Notes under the pieces: model-generated
The model's input: the letters and a program-made list of their open reading frames with translations, nothing else
What the model was told of the DNA's origin: nothing
The model's database searches: none
NCBI GenBank assembly: GCA_051748045.1
Contig: JBNJGY010000001.1
Location: 96,001-160,000 of the forward strand
Direction: 5' to 3'
Length of the DNA stretch: 64,000 nt
Origin: Thermotogota bacterium
GTDB lineage: Bacteria; Thermotogota; Thermotogae; Petrotogales; Petrotogaceae
Part shown: in pieces, positions 1-9,201 of the stretch
Layout of the letters: each line of letters starts with the position of its first letter
Numbering within the stretch: the stretch's first letter is position 1
Position numbers and translations under genes: made by a program

Positions 1-22
1 ACAGCAACTCTTTATATTTTAT

Positions 23-760
23 TTATCCATTTATTATTTTTATACCAGAACTTGCCCCAATCCTTGTAGCTCCTGACTTGATCATCTTAGATGCTTTTTC
101 AAAATCTCTTATTCCTCCAGATGCTTTAACTTCTAAAGTTTCTCCAACAACAAATTTCATTAAAGAAACATCTTCTTCTTTAGCACCATCAGTCCCAAAA
201 CCAGTGGACGTTTTAACAAAATCTGCTCCTGCTATTTTTGACAAAACACAAGCTGCTATTTTTTCAGTTTTATCTAAGTAACAAGTTTCTATGATGACTT
301 TTACTAATTTATCATTTGATGCATCGACTACAGACTTTATATCAGAAAATATTTTGTCATATTGTTTTGCTTTTAACCAGCCTATATTAATTACCATATC
401 TAATTCATCTGCTCCATCATTTATAGCTATTTTAGTTTCTTCAACTTTTGATTCAGAAGATGTTGCACCTAAAGGAAACCCTATGACAGTGGCAATTTTA
501 ACTTCAGAATCTTTTAATGATTCAGCTGATATTTTTATCATGCTTGGATTTACGCAAACTGAGAAAAAATTATTTTCTTTTGCTTCCTGACATAGTTTCT
601 CTACATCATTTTCTGTTGCATATGCATGTAATAAAGTGTGATCAATCATTTGAGCAATTTCTTTGGGTTCAATATTTATGTCTTTGTATTCGTGTTTGTA
701 ATTTTTTTCTACTCTTTCAACTTCTTTTGATATAATTGCATTTAATTCTTTTAATTCCAC
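23..760 (-). CDS. deoC: Deoxyribose-phosphate aldolase
   Basis: IDHTLL, VIGFPLG, ELDMVIN, KVIIET, FVKTSTGF (Schiff-base Lys), VKASGGIR, RIGASS motifs. Confidence 0.97.
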   Translation of the reverse strand: MELKELNAIISKEVERVEKNYKHEYKDINIEPKEIAQMIDHTLLHAYATENDVEKLCQEAKENNFFSVCVNPSMIKISAESLKDSEVKIATVIGFPLGATSSESKVEETKIAINDGADELDMVINIGWLKAKQYDKIFSDIKSVVDASNDKLVKVIIETCYLDKTEKIAACVLSKIAGADFVKTSTGFGTDGAKEEDVSLMKFVVGETLEVKASGGIRDFEKASKMIKSGATRIGASSGIKIING

Positions 761-773
761 ATTAATTCACTCC

Positions 774-1991
774 TTATTTATATATTCTCTTACATGTTTT
801 CCATCCATAAATCAATCTAAGACTTTCATAAAAAGGTATATCTATTATGAAATCAAAATAACTTCTATATTTTCTTGAAAATCCATCTAATATTTTATTT
901 AATTCTTCTGAATAATCAGGACCTTTTAACCTTATTCTATAACCACTATCTTCATTAAAGAATCCGTTTGTTTTTAATCCTTTTTTTACTAAATTTACTT
1001 TCGTTTTGAATAAAATAATATCTAAATTCCCAAATTTTTCTATTAATTTCTTATATATAAAGTTTGCTCCCTTGTAATTTTTCATGTTAAAAAATTTCAA
1101 AAAATTATTTTCAAAATTATCTGCAACTCCTACCTTGACTTTATTTTGATCAACATAAGAAAATATTTTATTAGAAAACAAACAATAGTTTTCTATTGAA
1201 TAGCTGCTTTTATTTGAACTATAAGCATGAATACATTTGGCACAAGGAAATTCATCTTTTTTAACTGCTGATAATGCTGAAGCTGATTTGTCAACATCTC
1301 TAGTAAATTGAGAATTATAATAGTTGAAAATAGATATTGTTTTCTTTGCTTTTCCTTCTAAAAAAGATTTTGATACCATAGATTCTACTTCTTTGAAATT
1401 TTTATTATATAAATTAATAGCCATATTTACATATGAATAATTTGATAGCTCTCCAGCCATTTTTATAAATTTATATGCATAATCAAATTTATTATCTTTA
1501 ATAAATAATAACCCCATTAAAAAATGAGAGTATGGATTATTCTTTTTTTTCTCCACTAAACTTCTAGCAAATTTAAGTTTATCATTATCGTCTCTAAAAA
1601 TTTTTAATACACCTAAGTTAAACAATGATTCAATATCATTTCCAGATAAGAAAAAGTTCTCAGCCTTTTCAAAGTCATTTCTTAAAAGGTGCATCAAACC
1701 AAATTGATTATTATATTCACCTGGTGATTTTGATGATAACCTATTTTCAAAATACAAAGACAATTTCTCATCAGAAATATTTACATCGTAAATAACAAAA
1801 TCCATCCAAGTTTTTAATTTATTAATAGGTATATTCAATGAATTACTTTCAAGTTCATAATTGTAAATTGTTGTTTTCTTTTTCTTCTTTTCTTCTTTTG
1901 ATTCGTAGTTTATTCCCTTTTTGCTCAAATCTTTTTTAAATTGATCTTTTAATTTATAAATGTTATTTAATTTATCATTTTTATCAGACAT
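774..1991 (-). CDS. Hypothetical helical-repeat (TPR-like) protein
   Basis: Long ORF; likely start MSDK at ATG 1991 overlapping the radC stop; TPR-like segments (YNNQFGLMHLLRNDFEKAENFF; PYSHFLMGLLFIKDNKFDYAYKF). Confidence 0.6.
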   Translation of the reverse strand: MSDKNDKLNNIYKLKDQFKKDLSKKGINYESKEEKKKKKTTIYNYELESNSLNIPINKLKTWMDFVIYDVNISDEKLSLYFENRLSSKSPGEYNNQFGLMHLLRNDFEKAENFFLSGNDIESLFNLGVLKIFRDDNDKLKFARSLVEKKKNNPYSHFLMGLLFIKDNKFDYAYKFIKMAGELSNYSYVNMAINLYNKNFKEVESMVSKSFLEGKAKKTISIFNYYNSQFTRDVDKSASALSAVKKDEFPCAKCIHAYSSNKSSYSIENYCLFSNKIFSYVDQNKVKVGVADNFENNFLKFFNMKNYKGANFIYKKLIEKFGNLDIILFKTKVNLVKKGLKTNGFFNEDSGYRIRLKGPDYSEELNKILDGFSRKYRSYFDFIIDIPFYESLRLIYGWKTCKRIYK

Positions 1992-2661
1992 TTTTTTCCA
2001 CCTTTCTTGAAAGATTAAAGCTATAATATTGATTTTTACCAACGATTATATGATCGTTGAGTTTTATCCCCAATATTTTACCCGCTTCTTTAATCTTATC
2101 TGTTAGTTCTATGTCCTGAATACTTGGTGAACTATCTCCTGAAGGATGATTATGTACTAGTATAAAAGAAACTGCATTTAATTTTATAGCGCTTTTAAAA
2201 ATATCTCTTGGATGTGCTATAGAGCTATTTGCAGTACCCTCACTAATATTTTCTTTATGAATTACGTTTAACTTTGAATCAAGTAAATAAACCCTAACAA
2301 ATTCTTTTTCAAAATAGATCATATCTTGAGAGATATTGTAGACATCTTCTGGTGATTTGATTTTTTGATATGTAGTTTTTAATTTCTGAAGATGAAATCT
2401 TTTCCCCATTTCCAATGCTGCCTTTAAATTAATTGCTGCGACTTTTCCTACACCCTTTATTTTGATTAATTCATTTAAATCTAATTTTTGAAGCCCTACA
2501 AAATCTTTATGCTTATCTATAATTTCCTCTGAAAGCTCAAAAACATTTTTATCTTTAATACCTCTCCTTAAAATAATAGCGAGTAATTCTTTATCTTCAA
2601 GAGTTTCTTCTCCATAAATCAAGAGTTTTTCTCTTGGAAGCAGCTCTTTTTCCAAATCCAT
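1984..2661 (-). CDS. radC: RadC/UPF0758 JAB-domain protein
   Basis: LPREKL N-terminus, HhH (IKGVGKV), HNHPSGD..PS..D JAB motif, LNDHIIVG. Confidence 0.95.
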   Translation of the reverse strand: MDLEKELLPREKLLIYGEETLEDKELLAIILRRGIKDKNVFELSEEIIDKHKDFVGLQKLDLNELIKIKGVGKVAAINLKAALEMGKRFHLQKLKTTYQKIKSPEDVYNISQDMIYFEKEFVRVYLLDSKLNVIHKENISEGTANSSIAHPRDIFKSAIKLNAVSFILVHNHPSGDSSPSIQDIELTDKIKEAGKILGIKLNDHIIVGKNQYYSFNLSRKVEKNV

Positions 2662-2677
2662 CCCCCCAATGAATTAT

Positions 2678-3235
2678 CTAAATTTTTTTCAATCTAGAAT
2701 ACAACTCTGATATTGGTAATCCCATTATGTTATAGTAATCACCCTTTATTTCATCAATAAAGACTGCTCCAAAATCTTGTATCCCATATCCTCCTGCTTT
2801 ATCATAAACATTATAGTTTTCAATATAGTACAATAAAGTTTCCATATCAAAATCTCTAAAATGCACATCAGTTTTAACACTAAATAGTTCTTCTTTGGAC
2901 TCACTTTTTATACATATTCCTGTATATACTTGATGCCAATTATTTTTTAAAGAATTTAAATATTTTATGGCTTTTTCTTTAGAATTAGGTTTAAAAAGAA
3001 TTTCGTTTTCTAAACAAACTATTGTATCAGCGGTTATAATAATCTCATTTATATATATATCTAAAACATTCATTTTATTTAAAGCTATTTCTTTAACTAT
3101 TTCTTCTGGTTTTTGTTCAGTAAAGCTCTCATCTATTCTTTTAGCTCTTATTTCAAAATCTTTTACTATCATTTTTAATAATTCTTTTCTTCTTGGTGAA
3201 GATGATCCTAAGATTATTTTTTTGTTTATAATCAT
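2678..3235 (-). CDS. maf: Maf family nucleoside triphosphate pyrophosphatase
   Basis: ILGSSSPRRKELL, ITADTIV, DKAGGYGIQ, GDYYNIMGLP. Confidence 0.95.
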   Translation of the reverse strand: MIINKKIILGSSSPRRKELLKMIVKDFEIRAKRIDESFTEQKPEEIVKEIALNKMNVLDIYINEIIITADTIVCLENEILFKPNSKEKAIKYLNSLKNNWHQVYTGICIKSESKEELFSVKTDVHFRDFDMETLLYYIENYNVYDKAGGYGIQDFGAVFIDEIKGDYYNIMGLPISELYSRLKKI

Positions 3236-3735
3236 TAATCCAAGCTCCTTTTTATCACTGAAACAATTGAAGAATTAATAAACGCGCTTATTGCACCAAA
3301 TATTATCATATATGGTAAATACCAAAAAATACCTGTTGACTTTACGACGAATAACCATGCCACTATTACCTGAAATATATTACTAAAAAAAGCACCTATT
3401 TCTGATACACCTAAAACACCAATTTTTTTTATATTTTTATACGCAAGAACCATCATAAAAGAACTCACTAAACTTCCAGTAAGTCCTAATAAAAATGTTG
3501 GTGATAATATTTTACCTGATAACAGAGAGCCTAATAATGTCTTTAAAAACGCTATAAAAATAGTATTCGCATACCCATAACCGTTAACAACAGCCATTAA
3601 TACTGGGAAATTTGAAAACCCCCATTTTGCTCCTGGTACAGCAACTGGCAAGGGTAAAAAAGTTTCAAAATAATAAATAGCAGAAGCTAATCCAGTTAGA
3701 ATAGCTAAATAAGATATCTTTTTTGATTTTTGCAA
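3235..3735 (-). CDS. Gx transporter family membrane protein (often annotated heptaprenyl diphosphate synthase component I)
   Basis: Five to six hydrophobic segments; E..LPLP..VPGAKWGFSN motif; GA..SN..Q motif. Confidence 0.8.
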   Translation of the reverse strand: MQKSKKISYLAILTGLASAIYYFETFLPLPVAVPGAKWGFSNFPVLMAVVNGYGYANTIFIAFLKTLLGSLLSGKILSPTFLLGLTGSLVSSFMMVLAYKNIKKIGVLGVSEIGAFFSNIFQVIVAWLFVVKSTGIFWYLPYMIIFGAISAFINSSIVSVIKRSLD

Positions 3736-3740
3736 TTAGA

Positions 3741-4784
3741 TCATCTTCCTTTATCTTTAAAATAATCAAATCCATCAGTTTGTCTTATCTCATTTTCATT
3801 TGACATAATATAGACTTGAACTCCAAACTCTTCTTCATAGTAGTCTAAAGCAGGATTATCAAAACCTAAAATGAATAAAGCAGTAGAATAAGCATCTGCT
3901 ATCATAGCACTATCTGCAATTACAGTTACACTTGCGACTCCTCTCGCAGGGTATCCAGTATCAGGGTCTATTAAATGATGGTATCTTTTTCCATCTTGCA
4001 TAAAATATCGTTCATAGTTGCCTGAAGTAACTACAGAACCATTTTTTAAATAAATTTTTTCTATATAATTATAAGGATTAGTAGAAAATGGATCTCTAAC
4101 TCCTATAATCCATGGTAAATTATTGTTTTTTGGGCCTATAACCCCTACATCTCCACCAGCTTCTATAAATCCAGATGCGTTAGGATCTACTTGTTTAATT
4201 CTTTTTATAACTCTATCTACTGCATAACCTTTTGCTATTCCACCTAAATCTATTTGAACATCTTCTTTTAAAAAAGAAATTGTGCTGTTTTTTTCATCTA
4301 TTTCAACAAATTTATAACTCACTTCATCCAAACTATCTTCAATTTCTTCTTTTGATGGAACTCTTTTTTTTGCTTCACTATCATCAAAACCCCATAATTT
4401 TATAATAGGCCTGATTGTAGGATCAAATGCTCCACCTGTTATTTGAGCTAAATTTAAGGAAGATTGAAACAAAAACATACTTTCTTCATCTACTTGAATT
4501 GCACCTTTTTCATTTAATTGATTAACAATACTACTTTCAACATTGGTAGAGAATTTATTATGAATTCTATCTAACTCTTTACCAGCAATATCTAATAGCG
4601 TTTCAGCTGAAACTTTATCTCCAGCTACTTTAATGTTGACAACTGTTCCTAATACATCATATACACGGTCAGAATATGTGGGTTTTGGTTTAGACCCTAT
4701 TAAAAATATTATTAGCCCAATCCCCACTATCAAAATACCTACATAGATATATATTGTTAGATTTTTATTTCTTTTGACCCGCAC
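3741..4784 (-). CDS. apbE: FAD:protein FMN transferase (ApbE)
   Basis: N-terminal TM anchor; LGT, GGAFDPT, DLGGIAKGYAVD, AGGD, TSGNYERY, HHLIDP.TGYP, ADAYSTA. Confidence 0.95.
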   Translation of the reverse strand: MRVKRNKNLTIYIYVGILIVGIGLIIFLIGSKPKPTYSDRVYDVLGTVVNIKVAGDKVSAETLLDIAGKELDRIHNKFSTNVESSIVNQLNEKGAIQVDEESMFLFQSSLNLAQITGGAFDPTIRPIIKLWGFDDSEAKKRVPSKEEIEDSLDEVSYKFVEIDEKNSTISFLKEDVQIDLGGIAKGYAVDRVIKRIKQVDPNASGFIEAGGDVGVIGPKNNNLPWIIGVRDPFSTNPYNYIEKIYLKNGSVVTSGNYERYFMQDGKRYHHLIDPDTGYPARGVASVTVIADSAMIADAYSTALFILGFDNPALDYYEEEFGVQVYIMSNENEIRQTDGFDYFKDKGR

Positions 4785-5749
4785 TTAATACAACCTCCAG
4801 TTTTATCTATATTTTTTAATTTAACATTATAACCATTTCTTTCAACTAGTATTTCTCCACAATTAGAGCAAAATGTAGATTCATAATTAGTATTCCATGT
4901 ATTACCTAAATAAACATAATCAAGATACTTTTTAGCCAAATGATATACTTCTTTCATGGAGCCAATGTCAGTAGGCATTTTTTCGTATTTATATCTTGGA
5001 TAATAACGGCTTAAATGAATTGGTATTTTACTAGATATATTAGACAAAAATTTGAATTCTTCTTCCAATTTTCCAAGATCATCACTAATCCCAGGTACAA
5101 TTAATGTAGTTATTTCAATATGTTTATTTTTATTATAAATAAGTTCTATATTTTGTTTTATATTTTCAAGCTCACCTTTGAGTTGCTTTTTATATATTTT
5201 ATCATCAAATGTTTTTAAGTCAATATTAAAAGCATCAATATAGTTAATTAAATCTTCTAAAGGTTCTTTTTCAATAAATCCATTTGTGACCATTACATTA
5301 TAATTATTATCATTAAAATTTTTTACTTTTTTTGCAGTTTCAAGCATATATTCAAACCAAACTACAGGTTCTGAATATGTATAAGCTACGCCTTTTACAT
5401 CATATTTTTTCATTAATTCAGGTATTTCGTTAGGTTTTAATATTTTTTTTGATGGTGGGTTATATTGTGAAATTTCAAAATTTTGACAAAATGGACATTT
5501 TAAATTACATCCCCAAGTCCCAAGAGAAAGAATTTCATCGCCAGGTTTAAAATTGAATAAAGGTTTTTTTTCTATGGGATCTAAACCAAATCCAGTTACT
5601 TCTGCATAATTCAAAGAGTATAATTTTCCATCAACATTTTTCCTAACATTGCAAATTCCTACTTGATCTTCAGAGATTCCACAATTATGTGGACATAGAT
5701 TACAAATTATTATATCATCTTTTTTTTCATAATACATAGCTTCTTTCAT
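4757..5749 (-). CDS. amrS: AmmeMemoRadiSam system radical SAM enzyme
   Basis: N-terminal CxLCPHxC..GxCxVR, DPIEKKPL, CxxxCxxC (GCNLKCPFCQN), TYSEP, C-terminal CxxC..CxxC; ATG 5749 follows a G-rich RBS. Confidence 0.92.
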   Translation of the reverse strand: MKEAMYYEKKDDIIICNLCPHNCGISEDQVGICNVRKNVDGKLYSLNYAEVTGFGLDPIEKKPLFNFKPGDEILSLGTWGCNLKCPFCQNFEISQYNPPSKKILKPNEIPELMKKYDVKGVAYTYSEPVVWFEYMLETAKKVKNFNDNNYNVMVTNGFIEKEPLEDLINYIDAFNIDLKTFDDKIYKKQLKGELENIKQNIELIYNKNKHIEITTLIVPGISDDLGKLEEEFKFLSNISSKIPIHLSRYYPRYKYEKMPTDIGSMKEVYHLAKKYLDYVYLGNTWNTNYESTFCSNCGEILVERNGYNVKLKNIDKTGGCIKCGSKEIKI

Positions 5750-5762
5750 TAATATCCCCCCC

Positions 5763-6272
5763 TCATTCATATCTATTTACTTCAAATTTAAAAATTTCAT
5801 AATCATTCGATTCTATTCCTGCTTTCATTTTTGTTATCTCTATTTGTTTTTTAACAGTATCTACACCATCTAAATTTGGAAGTAGAACTCCTTTTCTATA
5901 ATCTTTTTTTATTACTATTCCATATTTAGTAGGATCTAATTCTTCGACAGAGTTAACTTTCTTTAGTTCCCCTAGTACATCAACACTAATTGAAATCTGT
6001 GAAAATTCTTCCTTAGTAACTGCTGGAAATCTAGGATCTTTAAAAGCTGCTGAAATGGCATTATGAGAAATTTCTAGATATAAATTGTCATAATAAGGCT
6101 CTATAGTACCAATACATCCTCTGAGAGAACCATCTTGATTATGCAGAGTTACAAAACAACTTCTTTTTACTTGAAATTTTTCATTTAGTGCATATTTTTC
6201 TTTTTCGAAACTGTAGTTCTCTTCTAATTCTGATTTAATAACGTCATAAGCCAATTTTACATATACATGCAT
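5763..6272 (-). CDS. amrA: AmmeMemoRadiSam system protein A (AMMECR1 domain)
   Basis: FVTL...LRGCIGT, A.SAAFKDPRF, GVLLP, KAGI. Confidence 0.93.
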   Translation of the reverse strand: MHVYVKLAYDVIKSELEENYSFEKEKYALNEKFQVKRSCFVTLHNQDGSLRGCIGTIEPYYDNLYLEISHNAISAAFKDPRFPAVTKEEFSQISISVDVLGELKKVNSVEELDPTKYGIVIKKDYRKGVLLPNLDGVDTVKKQIEITKMKAGIESNDYEIFKFEVNRYE

Positions 6273-6324
6273 AAAATCACCTCTTAAAACAATTATAACA
6301 TGAAAAATGTAAGCTTATTTATGT

Positions 6325-6353
6325 TTGAATTTATATTCAAAAAAAGGTATAAT
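6325..6353 (+). promoter_or_regulatory. Candidate sigma70-type promoter of the atp operon
   Basis: TTGAAT (6325-6330), 17 nt spacer, TATAAT (6348-6353). Confidence 0.6.
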
Positions 6354-6392
6354 TTTTTTGTGTGTATTTAAGTAGAAGGCGGTTTTAATAAT

Positions 6393-6668
6393 ATGAAATT
6401 TGACTTAAGAACTTTTAACCAATTAAACTTGGTTTTAATGTTTGGAGTAACTGTTATATCAAATATCTTTGTAGGCTTAGGAATTGGTTGGTTATTGAAT
6501 GAATTATTGAACCAAACTTTTTGGATGATTATTTTTATGTTTTTAGGAATAGCTTCAGGCCTATATTTTGGAATTAAAGATCTTTTAAGAGAGGCTGAAA
6601 AATATGACAAAGCTCAAAATTCTTCTAAAAAAACTAATAATAAAAACAATAATAATTTCAACGATTGA
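6393..6668 (+). CDS. AtpZ/AtpI-family ATP synthase accessory protein
   Basis: Two TM segments with G...GW.L pattern; first gene of atp operon. Confidence 0.8.
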   Translation: MKFDLRTFNQLNLVLMFGVTVISNIFVGLGIGWLLNELLNQTFWMIIFMFLGIASGLYFGIKDLLREAEKYDKAQNSSKKTNNKNNNNFND

Positions 6669-6948
6669 GTTCTTGATTTTATTGTTTTTTTATGGTATAT
6701 ACTCATTATGGGTATTTTGGGGTTCATTTGGAGCCATTTTAGGCTTTTGGTTAATAAGCACAGATATTAGAAAAATGGTTTATAATATTGATATTAAGAA
6801 AAAGAAAAAGTTAGAAAAAGGTTACATTTTCAGGTATGCTTTGTATGGTATAATATTATTCGTACCTGCTATAATCTCTGAAGAATCAATTGTACCTACA
6901 ATAGTGGGTATATTTAATTTGAAGGTAGTTCCCTTTTTTGAAAAATAA
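6604..6948 (+). CDS. atpI: ATP synthase protein I
   Basis: Small four-TM protein with GY..RY motif directly upstream of atpB. Confidence 0.75.
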   Translation: MTKLKILLKKLIIKTIIISTIEFLILLFFYGIYSLWVFWGSFGAILGFWLISTDIRKMVYNIDIKKKKKLEKGYIFRYALYGIILFVPAIISEESIVPTIVGIFNLKVVPFFEK

Positions 6949-6973
6949 TAAGAAATACCCGGGGGTGTTTTAA

Positions 6974-7801
6974 TTGGTTAAAGAAAAACGTTTAAAACGT
7001 AGTATTTTAGTTTTTTTTGTTTTATATGTAGCTTTGGGTATTGTTAATTTTTTTGTATATGATCAAGAATTAACAGGTATTGCACAGAGATGGATTTGGG
7101 AATTTGGACAAGGTAACAGTATTTGGACACAAATCAACCCAATGACATTGATAATGTCCTTTGTTGTTATTGCAAGTATACTTATATTTGCAAAAACTGT
7201 TAAATTCGAAAGAATTCCTGGTAGAAAACAAAGTATTATAGAATTAATGTTTGATTATTTTTGGGAGCTTGTTGAAGACTCCGTTCCAGATAAAAAATAT
7301 AGAAAATCAACATTCATTATTTCTATGAGTTTGTTTATTTACATTGCTTTTGCCAATGTTATAAGTGGTATTCCAGGAATAGATGTGGTTCCTACTGATG
7401 CTGGAGGACTGAGTGTTGAATTATTTACTAACACCTGGTATACACCTACATCTGATTTAAACACAAATTTGACTTTCGCATTAATGGTTTTTGTTATTAG
7501 TAATGTCTTTGCTATAAGATCTAAAGGCTTTGGAAAATGGTTTAAATCTTTTTTTGAACCAAATCCTATTATGTTTCCTATGAACTTAATTAGTGAAATA
7601 GCAAAACCTATTTCTCATTCATTAAGACTTTTTGGAAATATTATGGGTGGAAGCATATTAGTTTTAATTATTTCTTATATGCTTAAATATTTTGTACTCC
7701 CTATTTTCTTATGGGGATTTTTCGGTTGGTTTGTTGGACTAATACAGGCTTTTGTTTTCGCCTTATTAGCTATTGCATATATAGGATCATTATTAGAATA
7801 A
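6974..7801 (+). CDS. atpB: ATP synthase Fo subunit a
   Basis: PGRKQ, PTSDLNT, KPISHSLRLFGN, GLIQAFVF; TTG start. Confidence 0.96.
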   Translation: MVKEKRLKRSILVFFVLYVALGIVNFFVYDQELTGIAQRWIWEFGQGNSIWTQINPMTLIMSFVVIASILIFAKTVKFERIPGRKQSIIELMFDYFWELVEDSVPDKKYRKSTFIISMSLFIYIAFANVISGIPGIDVVPTDAGGLSVELFTNTWYTPTSDLNTNLTFALMVFVISNVFAIRSKGFGKWFKSFFEPNPIMFPMNLISEIAKPISHSLRLFGNIMGGSILVLIISYMLKYFVLPIFLWGFFGWFVGLIQAFVFALLAIAYIGSLLE

Positions 7802-7825
7802 AACCTAAAAAGGAGGAGTATTTAT

Positions 7826-8116
7826 ATGGATTTACAAGAAATGCTTCAAAGTTTAATCGCAGAAGGCGGCTCAATTGGATGGGGATTGTATTATCTAGGT
7901 AAACTATTAGGTGCAGGATTAGCAATGGGTATTGGAGCTATTGGACCTGGTGTAGGACAAGGTAACGTTGGTGCTCATGCAATGGACTCTATAGCTAGAC
8001 AACCTGAAATGTCAGGTACAATAACAACTAGAATGCTTTTAGCTATGGCTGTTGCTGAATCAACTGGTCTTTATTCACTTGTTGTTTCATTAGTATTATT
8101 ATTTGTTCTTCCGTAA
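7826..8116 (+). CDS. atpE: ATP synthase Fo subunit c (Na+-type signature)
   Basis: GAIGPGVGQG, ARQPE loop, AESTGLY; strong AGGAGG RBS. Confidence 0.97.
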   Translation: MDLQEMLQSLIAEGGSIGWGLYYLGKLLGAGLAMGIGAIGPGVGQGNVGAHAMDSIARQPEMSGTITTRMLLAMAVAESTGLYSLVVSLVLLFVLP

Positions 8117-8152
8117 TTTTTATATATAAACCCAAAAAAGGGGTGAGTTGTA

Positions 8153-8647
8153 TTGCTATCATTTAATTTGACTTCAGTAATTAATTTATTGGGTTTTATA
8201 GTTTTTATGCTATTTATGTACAAACTATTGTATAAACCTTATTTTGATATGACAGACAAAAGAAAGGAAGAAGTCGAAAAAAATCTCGATGAAGCTGAAA
8301 GACTTAGAATAGAAGCACAAGACCTTAAAGAAAAAAATGAAAAAGAATTATCAGAAGCGAAAAACAAAAAAGATGAAATTATTAAAAATGCTGAAGAGAA
8401 TGCAAAGAATATTTCAAAAAAAGCAAAAGAAGACGCAGATAAAGAAAAAAAGAGAATTATTTCTTCTGCAGAAAGAGAAGCTGAAGAACTTAAAGAAAAA
8501 GCTATGAAAGATGTACAAGCGAAAGTTGTTCAAATGGCTTTAAGTGTTTCTTCAATGATTTTAAAAGAAAAAATTGATAGAAAAACAAATGAAGAGTTAG
8601 TTAGTAGAGCTTTAAAAACCTTGAATAACCAAGGTGATAATCTATGA
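8153..8647 (+). CDS. atpF: ATP synthase Fo subunit b
   Basis: N-terminal TM, YKP, long charged coiled coil; operon position. Confidence 0.93.
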   Translation: MLSFNLTSVINLLGFIVFMLFMYKLLYKPYFDMTDKRKEEVEKNLDEAERLRIEAQDLKEKNEKELSEAKNKKDEIIKNAEENAKNISKKAKEDADKEKKRIISSAEREAEELKEKAMKDVQAKVVQMALSVSSMILKEKIDRKTNEELVSRALKTLNNQGDNL

Positions 8648-9201
8648 AGAATTCCTATTCAGTAGCTAAAAGGTATTCAGATGCTCTTATAGATTTGCTT
8701 TCTGAAAATGAAAAATTGGGAAATCTAGATAATTATATTGAAAATCTGCAGAATATTATTAGCGAAATGGAAGAAAATTCAGTGTTTTATGATTTAATAA
8801 ATAGCCCTCTACTACCTAATGATTTTATTACAGAGAAAATGGTGGAGAAGTCTAAAACAAGAGACAAAATATTAAAGAAATTTTTAAATTTAATTATAAT
8901 TAAAAAAAGACAAAATCTTCTACCTCTAATAAACAAATTATTAACTAATTTTTCTTATGAATTGAAAGAAGAAGTTTTAGTAGATTTAATTTCTGCTAAA
9001 GAATTAGAAGAATCAACAATACAACAATTAAAGGATAACCTTAAATCTAAAACCGGCAGAGATGTTAATTTGGATATGACTATTGATGAAGAACTAATAG
9101 GAGGAATCCAAATATACCTTGATGATAAACTATTTGATTATTCAGTTAAAGGATATCTGAATAGTGCTAAAGGAATTTACGCCGCAAATGGGGGTGATTG
9201 A
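8644..9201 (+). CDS. atpH: ATP synthase F1 subunit delta
   Basis: [20 protein letters not shown]...DYSVKG. Confidence 0.93.
   Translation: MKNSYSVAKRYSDALIDLLSENEKLGNLDNYIENLQNIISEMEENSVFYDLINSPLLPNDFITEKMVEKSKTRDKILKKFLNLIIIKKRQNLLPLINKLLTNFSYELKEEVLVDLISAKELEESTIQQLKDNLKSKTGRDVNLDMTIDEELIGGIQIYLDDKLFDYSVKGYLNSAKGIYAANGGD

Noticed and set aside
1984-2661. RadC JAB domain as part of a mobile or ubiquitin-like conjugation system together with the beta-grasp repeats at 41645-42575
   Set aside because: It is the long chromosomal form next to maf, about 39 kb away; the repeats have no terminal GG and no E1/E2-like gene is present.
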